Origin: Paragordius varius | Lineage: Eukaryota > Animalia > Nematomorpha | DNA: 64,000 bases | Reading direction: 5' to 3' | Assembly (NCBI GenBank): GCA_964247055.1 | Contig: OZ176057.1 | Coordinates: 3,100,001 to 3,164,000 of the forward strand | In this document: positions 61,051 through 64,000 of the stretch, in pieces | How the letters are laid out: each line of letters starts with the position of its first letter | Position numbering within the stretch: position 1 is the first letter of the stretch | Notes under the pieces: model-generated | Databases searched by the model: none | Told to the model about the DNA's origin: nothing | What the model saw: only the letters and a program-made list of their open reading frames with translations | Made by a program: the position numbers and the translations under genes

Positions 61051-61568
61051 CCATTTACACTTCAAGAGTGTCCTTGAACAATTCAAGTTGGTCCTTAAAA
61101 TTTATAAATTTTGATTTAACCATAATTGCATTTATTTTTTTATTTAATTATTTATTAACCTAATTTTCTATATTTATTATATATTTATTTATTTAAAAAT
61201 AAAAAATTTTATTGAAAAACCTTTTTTTTGTTTCAAACTATTTTTTTTTAATTAAACAAAATTTTTGACTTTTAAATGTTTTTAATAAAAAATTTTAATT
61301 AATAACCTAGAAAACTTATCTATTTTTTTATTTCGTGCTAAAATCTTATTAATATCCAAAATTATTTTAAGAAATTAATAAAGATATACTGTTTCTCAAA
61401 GATTAAAAGTTGATATCGATTTAAAATTTATGTTAAATAATAGAAAATAGGTTAAAAACAATAAAACATACGAATTATTTTCGATTTGATTGATAAAAGT
61501 TAAAAACAAAACAAAAAAGTTAAAGGACCAACTTGAATTGTTCAAGGACACTCTTGAAGTGTAAATGG
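61051..61568. mobile_element. MITE, family B, with perfect long TIRs
   Basis: CCATTTACACTTCAAGAGTGTCCTTGAACAATTCAAGTTGGTCCTT (46 bp) is the exact reverse complement of 61523-61568; flanked by TATA on both sides. Confidence 0.9.
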
Positions 61569-62507
61569 TATATAGTTTCTAATTTCATAAAAAAAATTCT
61601 TTTAAGAAATTAAAAAAATCAATTTTTTATCTTAATATGATAATTAGGATAAAACCGTAGAAATTTTGTCAGCTAGACGTAAAATAAAAAGTTTTAACAC
61701 TTTATTACTTTTCAATTTTTGTCCTAGTTTACATTTTGGGGTAGTTTTATATCCCAGAACTTAATTTAGTGAATAAACTAGGGGTCTAAAAGTTATTTTA
61801 GTTAATAATTGTTAAACATTGTGTCATTTATTTTTTTACATTGTGACTTCTACCTAATATTAACACAGCTCCAAAACGCGATTGAAATAAACACCTGATA
61901 TAAATATCAAAATATATCATGTTTTTGCTATATACATTTTCGAACGAACCTTAATATGCATTTATTTGCCTGTTGCATTAGCAATTTAAAAAATTTACAG
62001 AAAAAAATGGCGGTAAATAACTTTAAGATGATGATTTTCTTACAATTTTACATTTTTTTAAAAAAATGGTGTAATGTTCCTAATATATAGACTAAAGAAA
62101 GCATATATATATATATATATATAAATTCGGCTTAATAACTTGCACAATATTTAAAATATTCAAATTTTAAATCGCTTTGGGATATAAAACTACCCCAAAA
62201 GGTAAGGAGTGTTTGCCATTTAATTAGTTTTGATGTACAAAAATTAAAACTAAAATAATCACATTTATGTTAAACTACTGCATAGATTTAAAACACATGC
62301 CAGAGTATTTAAATCATTTTTTATGCCATATTTATTTCAAACATATATTTTTTTAATGTTACTATCTTTTGATTGCAAGATATGTTTATATGCTTTTCTT
62401 CTGACTGGTATAATCTTTTTGGGCATCTATGTAAATTGTCACTTTTTCAAACGGTTAGTTCGGTTAACATTTTTAATTGCCTTAGAATCTTATGTAATTA
62501 CAATATT

Positions 62508-62678
62508 CATTTTAATGGTTGCTTATTTCACACTATTGTTAGGCATTCTCTAACACAGTAGTGTATGGAAAAAAGACAACAAAATTTTGAATAAACATTT
62601 TTTCCTATCTTTTTCCATACTACACTACTGTGTTGCAAATTGCCCAACTATAGTGTCAAATAAGCAACCATTAAAATG
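62508..62678. mobile_element. Short foldback MITE, second copy
   Basis: CATTTTAATGGTTGCTTATTTCACACTA ... TAGTGTCAAATAAGCAACCATTAAAATG; homologous to 2903-3050. Confidence 0.75.
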
Positions 62679-63042
62679 CATACACTAATGTAATTTTTTA
62701 ATTTAGTATACAATTTTTTATACTAAATTAGAGCAAAAATTAAAATCATACCGACAAAACGTAAACTCAAAGGATAAATATTTTTTTGTAAAAAGGCAAC
62801 AACCATACTTTCCAAACGTTTCATTTTCCTATATAATCTAGGCGGTTACAATAATTTAACATTGACAGTTTTCCACCAATTTACTTTTATCATCATTATT
62901 TTGTAACTCAATTCGTCATATTTTAAATCATTTTATGTTTGAAATTATTTTTGTCATTTTCTATTAATACATTTTTTTACAATTTGATTTATACCATAAA
63001 TTTTAAACAAAAATAATATAATATAATTTTAAATTAACTATA

Positions 63043-63534
63043 CCATTTACGATTCAAATTCACCATTGAACAATTCGAATACCCTCGAACAATTCAAGTT
63101 CACCCTAAAATAAATTATGTGTTATTTAAAATTAAAAATTACCCATATTTTTTTATATTTTTATAACATGAAATCTCGTTTAAAATTAATATAATACTGA
63201 TAAAATAATAAACTATTCCATATAAATATATTTTATATTAATAATGAGTTATATTATCCCGAAAACATATAATTTATTTTTAAGGGGAATTTGAATTGTT
63301 CAAGGGTGAATTTGAATTGTTTGAGGGTGACTTTGTATTATTTAAGGGTGTTTGAATTGTTTGAGGGTGAATTTGAATTGTTCAAAGGTTAATATGAATT
63401 GTTTGAGGGTTAATTTAAATTGTTCCAGGGTGAATTTGAAATGTTTGAGGGTAAATTTGAATTGTCCAAGAGGGAATTCGAATTATTTAAGGGGGAATTT
63501 GCATTGTTCAAGGGTGAATTTAAATTGTAAATGG
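63043..63534. mobile_element. MITE, family A, with an expanded 21-bp subterminal array
   Basis: TA|CCATTTAC ... GTAAATGG|TATA; about ten tandem copies of gggtgaatttgaattgtttga at ~63285-63525. Confidence 0.82.
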
Positions 63535-63540
63535 TATATC

Positions 63541-64000
63541 TCATTTGCACTTCAAGAGTTTCCTTGTACACTCCAAGCTTTTTCAATCAAACCGTGCATT
63601 TATATATTTTTTTATTCTCTTGATAACCAAAAAATCAAAATCAACTTTTAATCATTCAAGAAACCGTGTATCTTTTATTCTTAAAATATATTAGTTTTTT
63701 TAGATTTTAAATGTAATAAAATATCAGTTTGGTTATTAATTACAATTTTTGTTGAAAATTCATAATTGAATATTATTGTTGGATTGGAAAAAAATTGATT
63801 ACAAAAAAGGGGCTTTTAAATGAAATAATTTAAAATGACATATATAACAAATCAAGAAAATTAGTTTAATTATTTATTTAATTAGTTTGGGCTTAAACAC
63901 AACAAAAATATAAATAATTAAATAAATGGCATGGAAAATTTTTGGTTAAATCAAAATATAAAATGATTAAGGACTAATTTGAAATGTTTAAAGACCAACT
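63541..64000. mobile_element. MITE, family B, runs off the window end
   Basis: TCATTTGCACTTCAAGAGTTTCCTTG directly after the family A element; reverse 21-bp arrays begin at the last bases of the window. Confidence 0.65.

Noticed and set aside
59980-62561. Short hydrophobic/aromatic ORFs (59980, 62323, 62373 and many similar 60-90-aa ORFs across the window)
   Set aside because: F/I/L/K/N/Y-rich composition expected from random AT-rich DNA; most overlap repeats and have no motifs or splice support.
63352-63651. 99-aa ORF with NCLRVNL heptads
   Set aside because: Translation of the 21-bp subterminal array of a MITE; the same holds for 5003-5206 (LNTSSWS repeats).

Overview
Very AT-rich, intron-containing eukaryotic (most likely invertebrate animal) genomic DNA, about three quarters A+T by eye and dominated by transposon debris. 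There is no sign of prokaryotic features, CRISPR arrays or recognisable tRNA/rRNA. Three spliced host genes, all on the + strand and all essentially missed by the ORF track, can be read by hand. (1) and (2) are two paralogous two-exon genes at 1064-2320 and 19421-20515. Each encodes a secreted protein with a signal peptide, an acidic Thr/Glu-rich block and a long, nearly perfect Pro-Thr-[Arg/Lys/Cys] tripeptide polymer (glue/silk-like; the ORF track shows only their out-of-frame shadows). (3) is a roughly 13-exon, ~551-aa ADAMTS-like M12B zinc metalloprotease at 28766-44776 (HEIGHKFGCPHD, Met-turn, disintegrin-like domain). It stops right after a single 4-Cys thrombospondin repeat and appears to have lost disulfide cysteines strictly in pairs. 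The mobile elements are: a full-length decayed Ty3/Gypsy (Mag-like) LTR element with a 5-bp TSD, RTE-type LINEs, two hAT transposase remnants with TIRs/TSDs, about five copies of a non-autonomous Helitron carrying an internal ~155-bp satellite, Tc1/mariner-like non-autonomous elements, and an unclassified family of MITEs with TATA|CC ends and 21-bp subterminal arrays. The organism and all functional statements are inferences; exon models were derived manually and need RNA evidence.
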